Shown here piece after piece: positions 1 through 13,065 of a stretch of 64,000 nt of DNA (the stretch's first letter is position 1; each line of letters opens with the position of its first letter). This stretch comes from Rebecca billardiae RCC1528. Taxonomy: Eukaryota; Protista; Haptophyta. The translations under genes were made by a program, and so were the position numbers. The notes beneath the pieces were generated by a model, which had not been told where the DNA came from, did no database searches, and was given only the letters and a program-made list of their open reading frames with translations. The DNA is taken from the NCBI GenBank assembly GCA_965240325.2, contig OZ251232.1:1488001-1552000 (forward strand), read 5' to 3'.

Positions 1-280
1 TATATATGTGTGAAAAGGCTGTCGTCATCGTCCCGCCGCGCGAGTAGAGTCTTATCGCGTTCGTCCGCCCCCAGCAGCGGCCCCAGCCGCGCAGGATCGG
101 GCGGGTCGGCGCCGGCGGCGCCCCCGGCCCGCCGGGGCCGGGTGGCAACGCGGCGTCGCGCGCGCTTAGCTACCAGTAGCAGTCGCCATCATTTGATTCA
201 TACACTTGATGTATTTAACGAATACACATAAAAGAAAATCAAAAAAAGCGTCACGGTAACCTGTCCGGAAATTCAGATTT

Positions 281-2613
281 TCACGTCGCCAGCGGCCCTG
301 TGACGAGCTGCGAGCCAGCACTCAGCGGCGCGCCACCAGCCATCGCCGACGTGCTCGGCGGAGCGCGTACTGCACTCCGAACCACAGGAACAGGTTGACG
401 GTCGCCTCTCCCGGCCCCAGAGTCGCAGTCGGCATCGTGCACGCGCGGCGCGCGCGCGCGCGCACGCTCGAGCCGATCGAGCAGCCGGTCGCGAGCGGCG
501 AGCCGGGCGAGCGCTCGACGGGTCAGTCGCGGTGGGCACCTGGTCAGCCGCTGGATGTGAAGCGTGTGCACTCAGTGGGGCATGGGATGGGCGGGACCAC
601 GCGCGCGGGCGTGTGAACGGCGCGCGACGCACGACGCTAGCACACCGAGCCGACACATGCCTTCGTCCTTGTGCCCAGCCGCAACGCGCCCTCCGTCTGC
701 GCGCCGATGCTGAGCAGCGGGTACGACCAGCTCACGAGCATCGACGGCACGCGCCACCCGACCACTGTCGTCGGAGAGACGCGCGTCCAGTGCCACCAAG
801 CCGTCGTCCGTCGCCCGAACTCCGGCACGAGCGAGCCGACGAGGTGAGCGGGCTCGCGGTAGGGCTGCTGGCGGCGCGCGTGCGCGTCGCCGGCAAGCTC
901 TGCGCGCCGCCCGTTGCGCGCTCGCGATTGCAGCCGAACCAGCACGCGGCGCGCGCTGCCTCGAGCCCGGGCTGAGGGCAAGCAGACGGGCGAACGCGGG
1001 CACGTCACGCGCGTAAGCCTTGCGCAGCGTCGACCCCGGTCACCTGTGCGCTGGTCCTCGACCTCGTCAGATCGCCCTATAGCTCAGTCACTCTCGCCTC
1101 GAGCTGCGAGCGCGCGCCGTCGCCGCCTCGGAGCCGCTGCGCTGCGCGTGCTCGCTGGCCGCGCGGAGCTGAGCTTCGAGATTGTTGATCTCGAAGGGGC
1201 ACACGGATGCGCGGCGGTCGCCACGCATGCGCCGGGCAAAGGCGGTGCTGGCGCGGCCCCCACGCATGCGGCGGGCATCGAGAGAATCCGCGGCACGGCG
1301 GCCGAGGCACTCGGCGCGGCGCGCGGCCGGAGCAGTCCGAGCCGATTGCGCGGCGCGGCCGGCGCGCCGGTCGGCCCGCCGGCCACCGGCGCGCCGGCCG
1401 GCTGCGCCGCTTCGCCGGTGGGCGGCTGGCTACGACGGCCAAACAGCGCGCGGCGCGCATACCGCGGGCGCACGCGATCCCGCCCGCCTCGCGCTCGACA
1501 GCTCGCTCGATGCTGCATGCGGGTGTGCTGCGGCTGCTGACGGCTCGCGTGCAGCCGTGAGCCGTCGCCTCGCAGCGTGATGATCGCCCGCGCGCCGCGG
1601 CCGGACAGGTCAAAGGAGCCGCCGAGCGGACGCGCGCTGCCACGGAGGCCTCGTCCACCGGCGTGGCAGGGCTCGCTACCGCCCCGCCGTGCGTGCCGCG
1701 CCGCCGCCGCCACCGCGGCCGCAGCCACCGGCCGCGGCGGCGGCTGCGGCGGCACCGCGGCCGCGGCCGCTGCCGGGCGCAGCCAGCGACGAGCGCGCGG
1801 CTCAACGCGTCGTTGCCGCCACCGCCGCCGCCGTGCGCTGCTTCTTCGTCACCTTGCGCAGCACGCGGAGGAGCTGCTGCTTGAGCAGCTTGCCCGCCTT
1901 CTTGCCATGCATCGTGAGCGAGCGCGTGTGCGTCACGCTGCCCGCTGGCTCCTCCGGCGGGTAGCGTCCCTCTGGCATCGACGCGCGGCCGGCCGAGTTG
2001 ATCGACGCGATCCACTTGCGCATCACCGCTCACTCGCGCCGCCGCCACGCGTCCTCGGCTTGAGCTAGGTGTGGGGCGAGAGAGCCCGGTCTCGATCACG
2101 GTGTCCATGGTGCTCTTCGCGCTCGCCCGCGCGCTCGCCACCGACGCGTCCACCTTCGCCAGCCCCCCGAACCCCAGCAGACAGGTGAGCCAGCTCGGTG
2201 ATCAGCACGGTCCGGAGCACGCGCACGCCCTCGTCGTCGTGAGATGCGCGGATCCAAATTCGCCATCACGCACGGCGGCGTGCCCTCGAGCGCCCACTCC
2301 GCGGCGCGCTTGGCGATCTCCCACGAGTGCGGGGCCAGGATGTGCGCCTTCAACCGCCGCCCGTCGGCCTTGCCGTGCGACGACGCCGCGCTCCAGTGTG
2401 CGCGCGGGTGGTTGCGATGAACGGCGCAAGCCCACTGTTCGTGAGCGGCGCCGGCGTCGGCAGACTCATCGGCACGCCAGGCGTGGTACGGGCGGCACAC
2501 TGCGGCGGCGGCGGCGCGGGCGGGCTCTTGTACCTCTGCCACGCCGTCCGCTGACGCGAGACGACCTCCTCGCCTGCGCAACACGCCGCGCGCGCGGGAG
2601 GGTCAGATTCCAC
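281..2613 (-). other. possible multi-exon hypothetical gene (unresolved model)
   Basis: Several protein-like minus-strand segments (e.g. KAHILAPHSWEIAKRAAEWALEG; MMRKWIASINS...KLLKQQLLRVLRKV; PEFGRRTTAWWHWTRV) are separated by (GC)n intron-like tracts. I could not build a consistent spliced frame and recognised no family. Confidence 0.25.
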
Positions 2614-3719
2614 GCATCAGCAGTCCAAGAGCTTGTGCCCGGGGAAAAGATAAAATCGCTTCGCTCACTACCGGGCGCCCTCGCAAGTCGCAGCTCCCAC
2701 TGGGGACGCTCGGCCGAAAGACAGTCCAGGATGGCGTTGAGCGCGTGGGCGGCGCGCGCCAATCCAACGCCGGCGCGGACATCGCGAGAAGACTCCCGAG
2801 GGGTTTTTCGCCCGATTCGCGTTTGCTGCCCTCGTCGTCTCGCGTGCAGGTCGAACGGGGGCTAAATCGACCCGTTCGGAGCGGTACGCTCGGCGCGTCG
2901 ACACGATCGTGTGACCTGGGGCGATCCTCGCCCGACGTGCACGTCGAACGCTCGCGCCGGCCATAGCACCAGGCGCTGCGCACGATGGCCGCCTCGCGCG
3001 ATCCACCGCCGCGCGTCGGGCTCGGTGCGGAAACGCACTCAACACGAGGTGTCTCGCGGGCGGGAAGCGCCATCGCACGCGACGCAAGATTTGGCGCGGC
3101 CTTCTGAACACGATCGCCGGAATCCACGCACCGGACTCAGGCCGCCTCGCTCGCGGTCCGGTCCCCCGGCCCAGCCGAAGCCCACGTCCGGCCTGCATGG
3201 CGTCGACGGTGACCAATGCGACGGAAGCGCAGCGCCAACGGCGTACGACGCGCAGCGGACGCACCTCCCGGTCTGTCGCCGTGGCAGCAACCGCGTCTTC
3301 GCGAGTTGGCGACCCTCGCCGCAGCGCGACACAGACAAGCCCGTGATGCCATCCGCAGAGAGATGAATCGTCGAGCATGCAACATCGACGCGCCATCCTC
3401 GCCCATGGCGCAGGCGCTGCGGGACGAGGCGGACGTCGTCACGCCGGTGACGGATGCGCTGCGATTCGTTAGCCTGCGTGAGCAGCTCGTGCCCACACTC
3501 GATCGCGAGTGGCAAACGCTGTCGCTGTGCGCGCGCGCGCGCACAACCAACAGCTCCTCGTGCCGCCAAACACGCGGGCGCCAGACCTGTCGAAGAGGCG
3601 AAGAGCAACGACCGCGTGAGCGTCAACGCGCTCGTGCTGAGCGTGGCGGCCGTTTACGATGTCAAAGCGACCTGCGCCGAGCCCATCATGCCCGGAGCGG
3701 ACATCGGCAAGCGTCCTCG

Positions 3720-3990
3720 CGACGACCGCTCTCAGCTGGCGGCAGGAGGACATGCACATGATCTACTCTGGCGGCTTCGTCGGCGGCGAGGCGCTCGATT
3801 ACGCCATCGCGGTCGAGATGCGGTACATACGGCGCGTACCCGCGCTCGCGCGGGGCAACGGGCTACCCGCCCCGCCCCGCGTGCTGCACATTCCCTCGTG
3901 GGTGTGGGCCTCGCTGATGTGCACGGACGCATAGTACCGCACGTGGGAGAACTTCACAGGTGGCATCACTGGACTGGTCCGACTGTCCGT
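3720..3990 (+). pseudogene. degenerate Ulp1/C48 peptidase-like fragment (possibly transposon-derived)
   Basis: WRQEDMHMIYSGGFVGGEALDYAI...VLHIPSWVWASL resembles the Ulp1 N-terminal 'D+..L..G.W+.DE+IDFY...+HIF.S.F' pattern. It is frameshifted relative to the upstream segment and has an in-frame TAG at 3932-3934. Confidence 0.25.
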
Positions 3991-6179
3991 CACCCACGGC
4001 CACGAGCGAATGCTGTGGAATGACGCGAACCCGCAGAGGAATAAACATTGCGACAGCACTGGCACGGCCCGCCGACCCCCCGCCGCCACCAGGACACAGT
4101 TTAATATATACAGTTTGCTGGCGAGTTTATTGGAGCGCTGTGGAGGGCTGAGAGGGCCAAAAACTCGCGGGCACGGCACCCTGGAGGCATGACCCTGGAG
4201 CAATGCTACGAAGCCCGATTCCGCAATCTACCCGCGCCTCGCCGCGCGCGCGCAAGCGCGTATCTTGGCCATCGGTGCGGTCGAGACCAGCGGGTTGCGT
4301 GGTGCCCGCGCGGGGTGTGGGCACCCAAGTAGATAGTCACGATATCCACCCCTACGCCGCGCCCGCGCCGCGCGCCCGCCGCGCAGCGCCGCTGCCCACA
4401 TCGGCTGTCGACGTCAAGCCTCCGAAGGACGGCCCGATGACATCGTCCCGACAGCTCGCGATTCAAACCGGGCGCGATCGCCGCTGGTGCGCACTGGTCG
4501 TCCAGGACCGCCCGAAGCCTCGGCAGGGGCCGCAAAACACGCGAGCAGCCCAAATCGGCAAATGCCCGCAAATGGCCCCAGTGGACAGGTTACCGTGACG
4601 CTTTTTTTGATGCTTTATGATTCCTTTCATGTGTAGTAGTGTATATATATATGTGTCCTCCTGCATGAAGAGCGACGCGACGCCATTGAGTATGGACGAA
4701 CATCACCCACAGTCTGCGTGATGTGCATGCGAGGGCAGGTATTGCAGCATATATGCGAGCATGCAGCAAATGCCGATACACACCATGCCGAAATGGTGAT
4801 GTATAAATATATACTTGCGCGTGGTGGGGATTTGTCCCTGGCTGAACGGGAAGAGCGACTGAGCCGACGGTGCCAAAGCTGCGCGCAGACTGCGCCAGCG
4901 TGTGGCAGCAAGGTCACTAGCAAAGAACGCAGAGGAGATGGCGGGACCTCGGGCTTTGCAGATGCGCAGGCCGAAGCAGGGGCTGCCGAGAGATGAGCAG
5001 CTCGGCCCGAAAGGTCGTGTAACCGATGATCGAGCGAGCTCTGCTAGGTGGGCTGCTTGATATGAACTTTGGTAAGTTGCCACGCCGACTTAAGATGACC
5101 TTGTATATGATCTCGAGCGCCGGATAGTGGAGAGGAGCGGGTACTTACAGAGGAGCCAGTGTGGTTGGCCGATATGAAAGGACCAGCGCCCGCCATGATG
5201 ATGATAAAGGATAGCTCCGTGGCCGATGAGCTCCGGAAATCGACTGCAACTACCTGCAGGACCTAGAAGACGATGGCGGCCCTTGTCCACCAGCTGCGCG
5301 TTGCCTTTCCAGCCTCCCGACACACTCGGTTATAACTCCGTTATAACGCCACATATATATATATGTACACAGTGGAGAAAGATCGGGCCGAAGCCGTTTG
5401 AGCATGGTCGGTTGTGAGCACGCCCATTCGAATCGATGGCGCGCTCCGAGCGGCGGGCATGCGCGCATGTGTGCCGCGAGGGGGGCTGCGAGGCGTCGGC
5501 CGGCTTGCCAAGGCGGTTCCCCGGGGCGGCGTCACCCTCGCCCGCCCCTCCTCGCCCACCCTCGCCCCACGGGCGGCCACACGTGAGCTGTTAAGATGAG
5601 TTCACGGGGGCCGCGCGGCACGCGCGCGGAGAGGCGAGGAAGGGGTGTTTCGCGGAAAAACGCAACGTCGCATTGTGCTCAACCCATGTGGGCACCCGCT
5701 CCACACGTTTGTACGCCGCCAAACCGCACACAGCGGCCTGAGCAGCTCCCAGACTGAGTTTCGCTCTTGAAGCCTGTTTTTGGGCCAGATCTTGGTGTGG
5801 ATGTAGCGCGGCGAGGAGGCGCCGGGCGCGCGCCCGAGCTGCGTGCTGGCACTCGCCATGACTCATAGACATCGTCCGTCGCGAACGACCCGGCTCGCCT
5901 CGACCTCTCCGACCCGCCGGGCAGCCACGACCGAGCACGGCACGACAATGGCCAAACCGGGAGGCTTCTCAGACCGCGTGGGATGGGCATAGGCGCGAGA
6001 GAGGGCGCCCAGCGCGCTCTTGAGATGCACAGGAGTACGCACTGATGCGTATGGAACCAACCCATCACGATCGCCCCGACCTGGCGCGCCCTATCTGGCC
6101 CGTCAGGCTGCCCGCGCCGCCGCCGCCGCGCCTCGCCGCCGCCACGGGCGCCGCCGCATCGCGGGCACGTGGGTAAGTC

Positions 6180-6478
6180 TGTATTCAACAAATACAGAAT
6201 TTCCGGTGCGGCCCTCTGTTGGGCGGCAAGGTCGATCTGGTCGACACCTGCCGCGCGGCATGGGCCACGGCGCGGCGAGGTGGCGGCTGGCGCACCGCGG
6301 CGCGGGCGGGATGGCTCGAGGACACCACCGCCCCGCCTCCCACGCCGCGCCGTGCGCGTGCGCCGTGCTCTCGTCGCGTACCGAATTTCCTGCGGCGAGC
6401 GACGTCACACAGCGCGACCATGCCATCGCGCGACCAAGTGCCGTCCAGCGCGGCGATTTGTCGTATTTGTTGAATACA
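6180..6478. repeat. 299-bp segment bounded by a perfect 16-bp inverted repeat (MITE-like)
   Basis: TGTATTCAACAAATAC at 6180-6195 and its reverse complement GTATTTGTTGAATACA at 6463-6478. The arms are AT-rich in a GC-rich context. No clear TSD. Confidence 0.5.
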
Positions 6479-7710
6479 TGCGGGTACGAATCGGACGCAC
6501 GACGCCCTCGACGCACACGTCGAGAGCCACGCGCGCGGCGTGGACTGGCACGCGACGCGGAGATGGCGGGCGCGGTGCCGCGGGCGCGCGACTGGTCTAG
6601 AACAGCACAATGAAGCGCGGGACGGCGCCGCGCGCGTGGGCTCGCTGCCGTCTCCTCGCAGTCGAATATTTCTGTGCACCCTCCTACCAGGTCAGTCGAC
6701 CGACTTGCACGCGGCATGCGAGCACTGCGTGCGGGGAGGAGTGTGACATGGCAGGCTGTGGCGAGGTGGATGGCCGTGCAGGAGTATGCTAGGAAGGGCC
6801 GCTCCCGCGCTCGCGCGGTGCCTCGCGCACGCCTCGTCGAGGACGAGCGTGTTTGAATGGCTCCGGGGAGGCCTGAGACTTCGCTTGTTCACAGCAGCGC
6901 GCGACAGGTGCACACAACGAAGGTGACGACCAGGCACTCCGGCGAGGGCGGCTGTGCTGGCAGCAGACTGCATTCGGAGTAAGATGCGCCATCTTACGCG
7001 CCGCTTCGCCTCGCTGCATCGCCGCACTGAGCAGCAGGGCTCCACGCTCACGAATGGCTCACCACGAGCTACGTGACCGGCCAGCCGCGTGCAACCCGGC
7101 GAGGCAGAGAGGGGCGGAGGGATGGGGAGGCTGGGTGGGATGTTGCAGTCCCATGCCCGGGGCACTTGTCAGGCGCCTGCGCGGCCACCGTAGCGTCTTC
7201 TGTGCGCTCGTGCGGCCCGCGCGAGAATTTCCCCGAAAATCGGCTCGTGTCGGACGGGTTACGGTAACGATAATCCCGTTTTGTTCACTGTGTATATATC
7301 GGATATGTATGTGGCGTTATAGGGAACCTATACTACTGAGTGTCTATGAGCGACGCCAAGAATCCGGCTAGCAGCATGGCATTCCTGATGCGACGTTGCG
7401 GTCCCGCCGGAGACGACCGAGTCCGTTACCAGAGTCCGTGACCGTGAGTGATGAATGTGATGATGCCATCCGACCACGTGCCATGCTCGGGGCGGCTGCA
7501 GAGTCTTCGTTCTGCTGTAGTCAGCCAGAGAGCCAGAGTCTCTCGGACCGACGACGACGCCAATGTTATGCAGCCGGCCGCCCTGATCTGCGACTCTGAG
7601 TGAGTAGTGCCCCGAGTGAGACTGCTGAGCTGTGAGCACGGTGACACCGCAGTGCCGAGTGCGCCACTCTTCACGTGTGACTGTGAGGCCGGGACACCTA
7701 GCTTGTGCGG

Positions 7711-8409
7711 CTACGCATCGTCCTCCCCTGCGTCTGCGCCCACGTCACAGAGCTGCCCCATCTCGCACTGCAGGTCGTCCATCGCCTCATTGATCTCGTC
7801 GACCAGCCCGTCGAGCCCAGAGCGCAGCAGCGCAGTCTGCTCACGCGCCCGCGCGAGTGCCTCGCCTGCCCCCGAGTCGAACTCGGCACGCAGCTCGGCG
7901 ACGCGCGCCTCGCGGCGGACAAGCTGAAGCTCGACGGTCACCGAGAGCTTGCGCTGCTCGAGACCCTGCAACGCGCGCACGAGTGTCGCCAGGGCTGCGC
8001 CATCTGCACCTTGTGAGCTGAGTGCCGCCTCGGCAGCGTTGATGCCCGCGGATGCGTGCGCAAACTCGGCGGTGAGCTGCGCGCAAAGCATCTCGTACGC
8101 CGCGCCGTCCAGGCGCTCGAGAAAGGCGACAAATCCGCGCTCGAACGCGCCGTAGCTCTCGACGCGCTCGGTCTGCAGCTGCTGCACGAGCCGGACTAGC
8201 TCAACGGGGCCCATGCCGCTCATGTCATGCGCGACGACGACGGCCGTGCCCGCCTCAGGCGCCGCCGAAGCGGCGGGCGGGCACACGTCGAGGTCGGCGG
8301 GGTTGAGCGCGGGACCACGCGCATGGCAAGGGCACGCACCGCTGCCGTCGCACGGGCGTGAGGCTAGCAAGCGCAGCGCGTCCGCCACGTCAATGCCGGG
8401 GGACGCCAT
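7711..8409 (-). CDS. REX1-B (required for excision 1-B) domain protein, 232 aa
   Basis: The intronless ORF from MASPGID carries the REX1-B pattern LQTERVESYGAFERGF...YEMLCAQLTAEF...S..I...LVRALQGLEQRKL.+TVELQ...LVDEINEAMDDLQCEM. Confidence 0.8.
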   Translation of the reverse strand: MASPGIDVADALRLLASRPCDGSGACPCHARGPALNPADLDVCPPAASAAPEAGTAVVVAHDMSGMGPVELVRLVQQLQTERVESYGAFERGFVAFLERLDGAAYEMLCAQLTAEFAHASAGINAAEAALSSQGADGAALATLVRALQGLEQRKLSVTVELQLVRREARVAELRAEFDSGAGEALARAREQTALLRSGLDGLVDEINEAMDDLQCEMGQLCDVGADAGEDDA

Positions 8410-8687
8410 CCTGCTGAATCTTCCGCGGCCTTCGTGGAGTTTCCGACGCAAATCGTTCAATAATCGCAATCGCCGACTCGCCGTTCCATGGACAATGAAT
8501 CAATCGTTCACGCGATGGCGGACGACCATGCACGATGCAGCGATTTGTGAGCGGTCCTCACTAGCCGGCCCCGGTTCTGAAACGGACCGTGGCTTCTCGG
8601 GCGTGGCGATTGGCTCCTGACTACAGTGCAGGAAGTCATCCGCTAACGGCGCATGCTCTCTGCGCCTAGGCAGAGCAGCCAGAGCTG

Positions 8688-9080
8688 CTAGCACGGAAAA
8701 TGCTCTGCGAACCACGAGCCGATGCTCAGTGGCATCTTGATGAGTGTGATGGCAAGGTTGGCGAGCGCGCCGATGCACCCGACCGCCGGACAGCAGAGGG
8801 AGAGGATCGTTGCTGCACACCACCGCGCCACGCATGGGTTGGGCGCGTGCAGGCTGAGCCTCAGAGGCAGACGTTGCGGGCGCTCGCACGCGCAGACTGC
8901 CGCGCCGAGCGCATTGCGCACCTGGGATCCAGATCAGGATCCCCACCAGCGTGAGGAACAGCCCAAAGAAGCCGAAGACGAGGCCTGCGCGCGCGCGATA
9001 AGGGGCGTCAGCATGCGCCGGCGTTGCCGCAGCATCGGCGGGCGCGCCGGCTCACCCAGGAGCGTGCCGATTGGACGCAT
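8688..9080 (-). CDS. TAXIMIN-like small Cys-rich hydrophobic peptide, 70 aa, 3 exons (9080-9056, 8984-8922, 8812-8688)
   Basis: Canonical GTGAG..CAG and GTGCG..CAG introns join in frame to give MRPIGTLLGLVFGFFGLFLTLVGILIWIPATILSLCCPAVGCIGALANLAITLIKMPLSIGSWFAEHFPC. This matches the plant TAXIMIN pattern RP+G.L+GL.F...+VG.++WI...+LS..CP.......LAN.A+.LIK.P+....WF....PC*. Confidence 0.8.
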
Positions 9081-9248
9081 GATGGTGAGCAGTGCTCACG
9101 GTCGGACCGTCGGAGCTGCCACTGCTCAGAAAGCTCAGGCTCTCGACTTGGGTGGAGCGGCTGCGCGGGTCCGGGAGTCGTGAGCCCCAGCCCCCAGTCA
9201 CCTCCCGGGCACGAACGCATCCGCCGAGGCCGAGGTGGAGGGCACGTC

Positions 9249-12200
9249 ATGGCGTCGCCCGACGCGGGCCGCAGCGCTGAGGCGGTGGCGACGCCCGTCG
9301 TCGCGGCGGTGCGCGACTCGCTCTCCCCGTCGTGCGCGCAGCCGCTCTTCGACCTTTCCTCGCCCGGCGTGCAGTGGATCATGCCAACGTACTTTGGCGT
9401 GTGCGCGCGGCACGAATGTCCGAGGCACATACCGCCGACGTGCTCGTGCGCGGCGGCGGGCGGCGCGTCGCACGCCGTGCTCCACCCGCGCTGCGAGAAG
9501 CACGTCGCGCACATGGCGCGCGAGCAATGGCCCGACGTGGACGCCGTGTGCGAGGCGCTCTACGCGCTGCCCGTCGGCAAAGGCTACACGGTGCGTAGCG
9601 CGCGCAGCTGCCGCGCGGACGCACGCGGCGTCGTGCCCGGGCTGATGGGCGTCTGTGCCTCGCGTGGGGCGCGCTCGCGTACGCGTGCGCCGCGCCGCGC
9701 AGGTGTGCGCTGAGTGCCACCGCAAGGCCCACGTGATGGCCGAGGCTGCTGACTGGACGCGCGTCGTCTGGGCAGCGACGCTCGCAGGCTGCACGCAGGC
9801 GCACGCGGCGGACAGCAGCCCGTCGGACTGGTCGCCGCTCGACGCGCTGGTGGAGGCGACCTCGCGCGTCGTCCAGTCCGCCCTCTCCGAGGCCACCATG
9901 TCCGACGCCGTCACCTCCATCGTGATGACCATCTGGTCGGGCGCGTCGCGCTCGCTTGTTCTCAATCAGACCGAGCGCGCGCGCGCGTGGGCGCAGCTCG
10001 AGGCGCGGCTTCGGGACCTCGGGTCCGGCGACGCGGGGACGGCGCCCGCGGCGATGCGCGAGGCGCTCGCACGGGCCGTGCGCCGGCGCACCGTCACGTC
10101 GCTGCGCGCGTGGGAGGACGACGTGACTCGGGCTGGCGAGGTGGCGCCGCGCGCCGCGGGAGGGCGCGATGGCGGCAGCGCCGCGCGCGCCGCTCGCGCG
10201 GCCGCCGCCAACTCGCCGCTGCCGGCGGCATTGCCAGCCTCGACGTCGGGCGCCGAGCCGCCGCCCAGCACGCCTGATACGGGCCGCCTTACCGAGCTGC
10301 AGGCGCGTCTCGACGCGGAGGTCGCGCGCGCCGAAGCGGCCGAGGCGGCCGCGGCCGAGGCGGCCGCGGAGCTCGAGTGCGCGAGAGCGGATGCGGAGGC
10401 GGCGCGCAGCTCCGCCGAGGCGGACGCGGCGGTGGCGGCGGTGTCCGAGCTCGCCACCGCGCGAACCGCGTGGGAGGCCGCTGAGCGCGAGCTGCGCGCG
10501 CAGCTCGAGGACGCGCGCGCCGAGGCTGAGGCTGCCAAGGCCGCAGCGGCGGCGGCGGAGGCCACGGCGGCGGAGGCGGCGGCGGAGGCGGCTGCGGAGG
10601 CGGCGGCAGCGGCGGCAGCGGCGGGCGGCACAGACGGCGTGGGCGACCAGGCTGAGGCAGAGGCGGAGATGGCGGCCGCGAGCGCGCGTGAGCTCGCGCT
10701 CGCAGACGCGCTCGCAGACGCCGACGCTCGCCTGGCCGCTGCCTCCGCCGCCGCCGCCGAGGCGGACGCGCGCGCGGAGACTCGAGCGGATGAGGCGGCG
10801 GCCGCGGCCGCGGACGTTCAGCGCGAGCGGGCGCAGGCGACGTCGGAGCGCGAGGCGGCCGCGCACGCGCTCGACGGCGCGCGCGCGGAGCTCGCGGAGG
10901 CGGAGGCGGCCGCGCGCGCGGAGATCGCCTCCCTGCGCGAGCAGCTCCGAGCCGCGCGCGCCGACCTCGCCGCCGCGCCCGCCGCCGCGTCGTCGCCACT
11001 GGCCGCGCCCACGCGCCAACTGCCGCCGGTGGCCGGCGCCCCGGCGGCGGCAGGCGCAACCGCAGCCGAGGGCGGCGCGGCTGTGGCAGGTACGGCGGGC
11101 AGCCCGGGCGCGGCGGCGTCCGACGCCGCGGAGGCGGCCGCGGCGCAGCAGCAGCGGTTATGCCGTCAGCTCGAGCGCGCGCGCCGCGCCCTCGGCTCGT
11201 CAGTCCGCCGCGAGGGCGCGGCATTGCACTCGCTTCGACAGGTGTGTAAGGCAGTGATCGCGCGCCGCGCGCCGCGCGTGCGCCGCGCGGTGGTGTTACA
11301 CCGCAGCCGCGCCACGCGGCTCACGCGCGCGGCCATGCGCCCTGCCAAACCCGTGCGCGCAGGCGCACGCGCGCCAACTGCTTGGCCTGCGAGCGCAGCA
11401 CGTTGCAGACACGCGGCGCGCCGACGACGAGGTGCGGTGCCCCCGCGCGAAGCAGCGCGCCCGTGCGCTTCCGAGCGCGGGTTGGTTGGCTGCGGCCGCG
11501 CGCGCCGCGGTGCTCTGCGCGCCGCCCGTGGCTGAGCGCTCGCATCCATCGCCCTCGTGCCCGCCGCTCCGCCGTGGCGCGCAGGCTGCCGCCGCTTGCG
11601 CGGCCGACTATGATCGAGGCCTCGCGGAAGGCACCGCCCGCGCGCGTGCGGAGGTGTCGCGACTCCGCTCGCTGCTCGGCGCGGCGGTCGCTGAGCAGGG
11701 CGCCATGTCGAAGCGGCTGCACGCGCTCTCGACGAGCCCACGCGGTGAGCGCGGCGGCGCGGCGGCGGCCGACGTCGACGGCGGCTCCCACGGAACCACT
11801 GCGACCGCCCCGGCTGCATCGGTGCCGGCCGCGGCGCCACCGATGGCCAACGGAGACGCCCGGCTCGAAGCGTCGGGCGGTCTGCCGCTGCTGGACGGGG
11901 ACCTGCTTGGGCTGGGCGGCATCGAGCTGGGCGGGGCTACGGGCGGCGCACGCGCGCCGCTGCCGGCACCGCCGGGCGGAGGCGCGGCGCTCGAGATCTC
12001 CGGACTCGCAGACGGTCCCCTCTCGGACGCGCAGCCGCGCGAGGCGAGACGAGCGTCTCCGCCATCGCAGGAGGCGGCCGATTCGGACACTGCTGGCGCG
12101 GCAAATGCACCGCCCGCTGCCGACATGCCGAGTGCAGCTGCAGGGGCGTTGCTGCCAGCAGCCTTGCCCGCACCGGTAACACCGTTGTCGCCATCATCTC

Positions 12201-12460
12201 CCCAAGATGCTGGTGGCGAGGCGACCGATGACACGGCGGCTGACGCCGCGCTGACTGCAGTGTCGCCTCCCACTGGCGCGGGTGCGGAGACCGCCACCGT
12301 GGACCCCGATGGTCACGATGCGCCCGGCCGTGCGAACGCCGTCACTACCGCCGAGGCTGCGGCGAGTTTGGCTCCCGGGCCCGGCCCAGCGACGCTGGCA
12401 GTGGCAGCGGCGCCGGCGGGCGCGGCCGGCGCAATTGCGCTTGATGCCGATGATGGATGA
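9249..12460 (+). CDS. hypothetical protein with Cys/His-rich N-terminus and long Ala/Glu-rich coiled coil; introns ~9591-9702 and ~11242-11584
   Basis: ATG at 9249. GT..CAG GC-run introns link ORFs 9024-9713, 9655-11535 and 11432-12460. CxxHxC...C and VCAECH motifs suggest a Zn-binding N-terminus. Confidence 0.65.
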
Positions 12461-13065
12461 GACTTGAGAGTCTGCCTTGAGAGGCGCTCGTGATGACGTG
12501 ATTATTCAATAATTCAGACGTTATATACGATGCTGATTCTATGATCGAATGAGTAGACCTGACTCACCTGCGACTGCGTCGCCGTCTGCCGCCGTTCCGC
12601 AAGTTCGGGCCGAATCCGGAATCCGGGTCCGGGACTACTCGGGCCCGGGGGCCCCACGCCCACGGGCCGTGCCCGGGCACGGGGCGACACTCCGGGTCGC
12701 TACGCAGTACGCTATTGATGATCACATTTCCGATTTCGGATGCTGCGCGCTATATAGCGCTGTCTGCCGGCGGTCCGACTCCGAGTGCGGACGGAGTGAC
12801 CGTGCGTTACTGTGCCGGGGCGCGGACTACTCCCCCGGCCCCGAGTCGACACTCGACAGTCCCCGGCGGACTGACTGCTGTCGATCGGGAGTCATCGGGA
12901 CAGAGTGGCTCGCAGGGTCTCGACGGTCTCTGTTACCAATAAAATTATTATTAATATATATAATAATAATGTTTAAATTGATGACGATATAATCAATCGT
13001 CTCGAGCCTGCAACACCTTGAATGACCCCAGTGGGCGGAAATGGCCATATCTCCCGGAGATTGCG

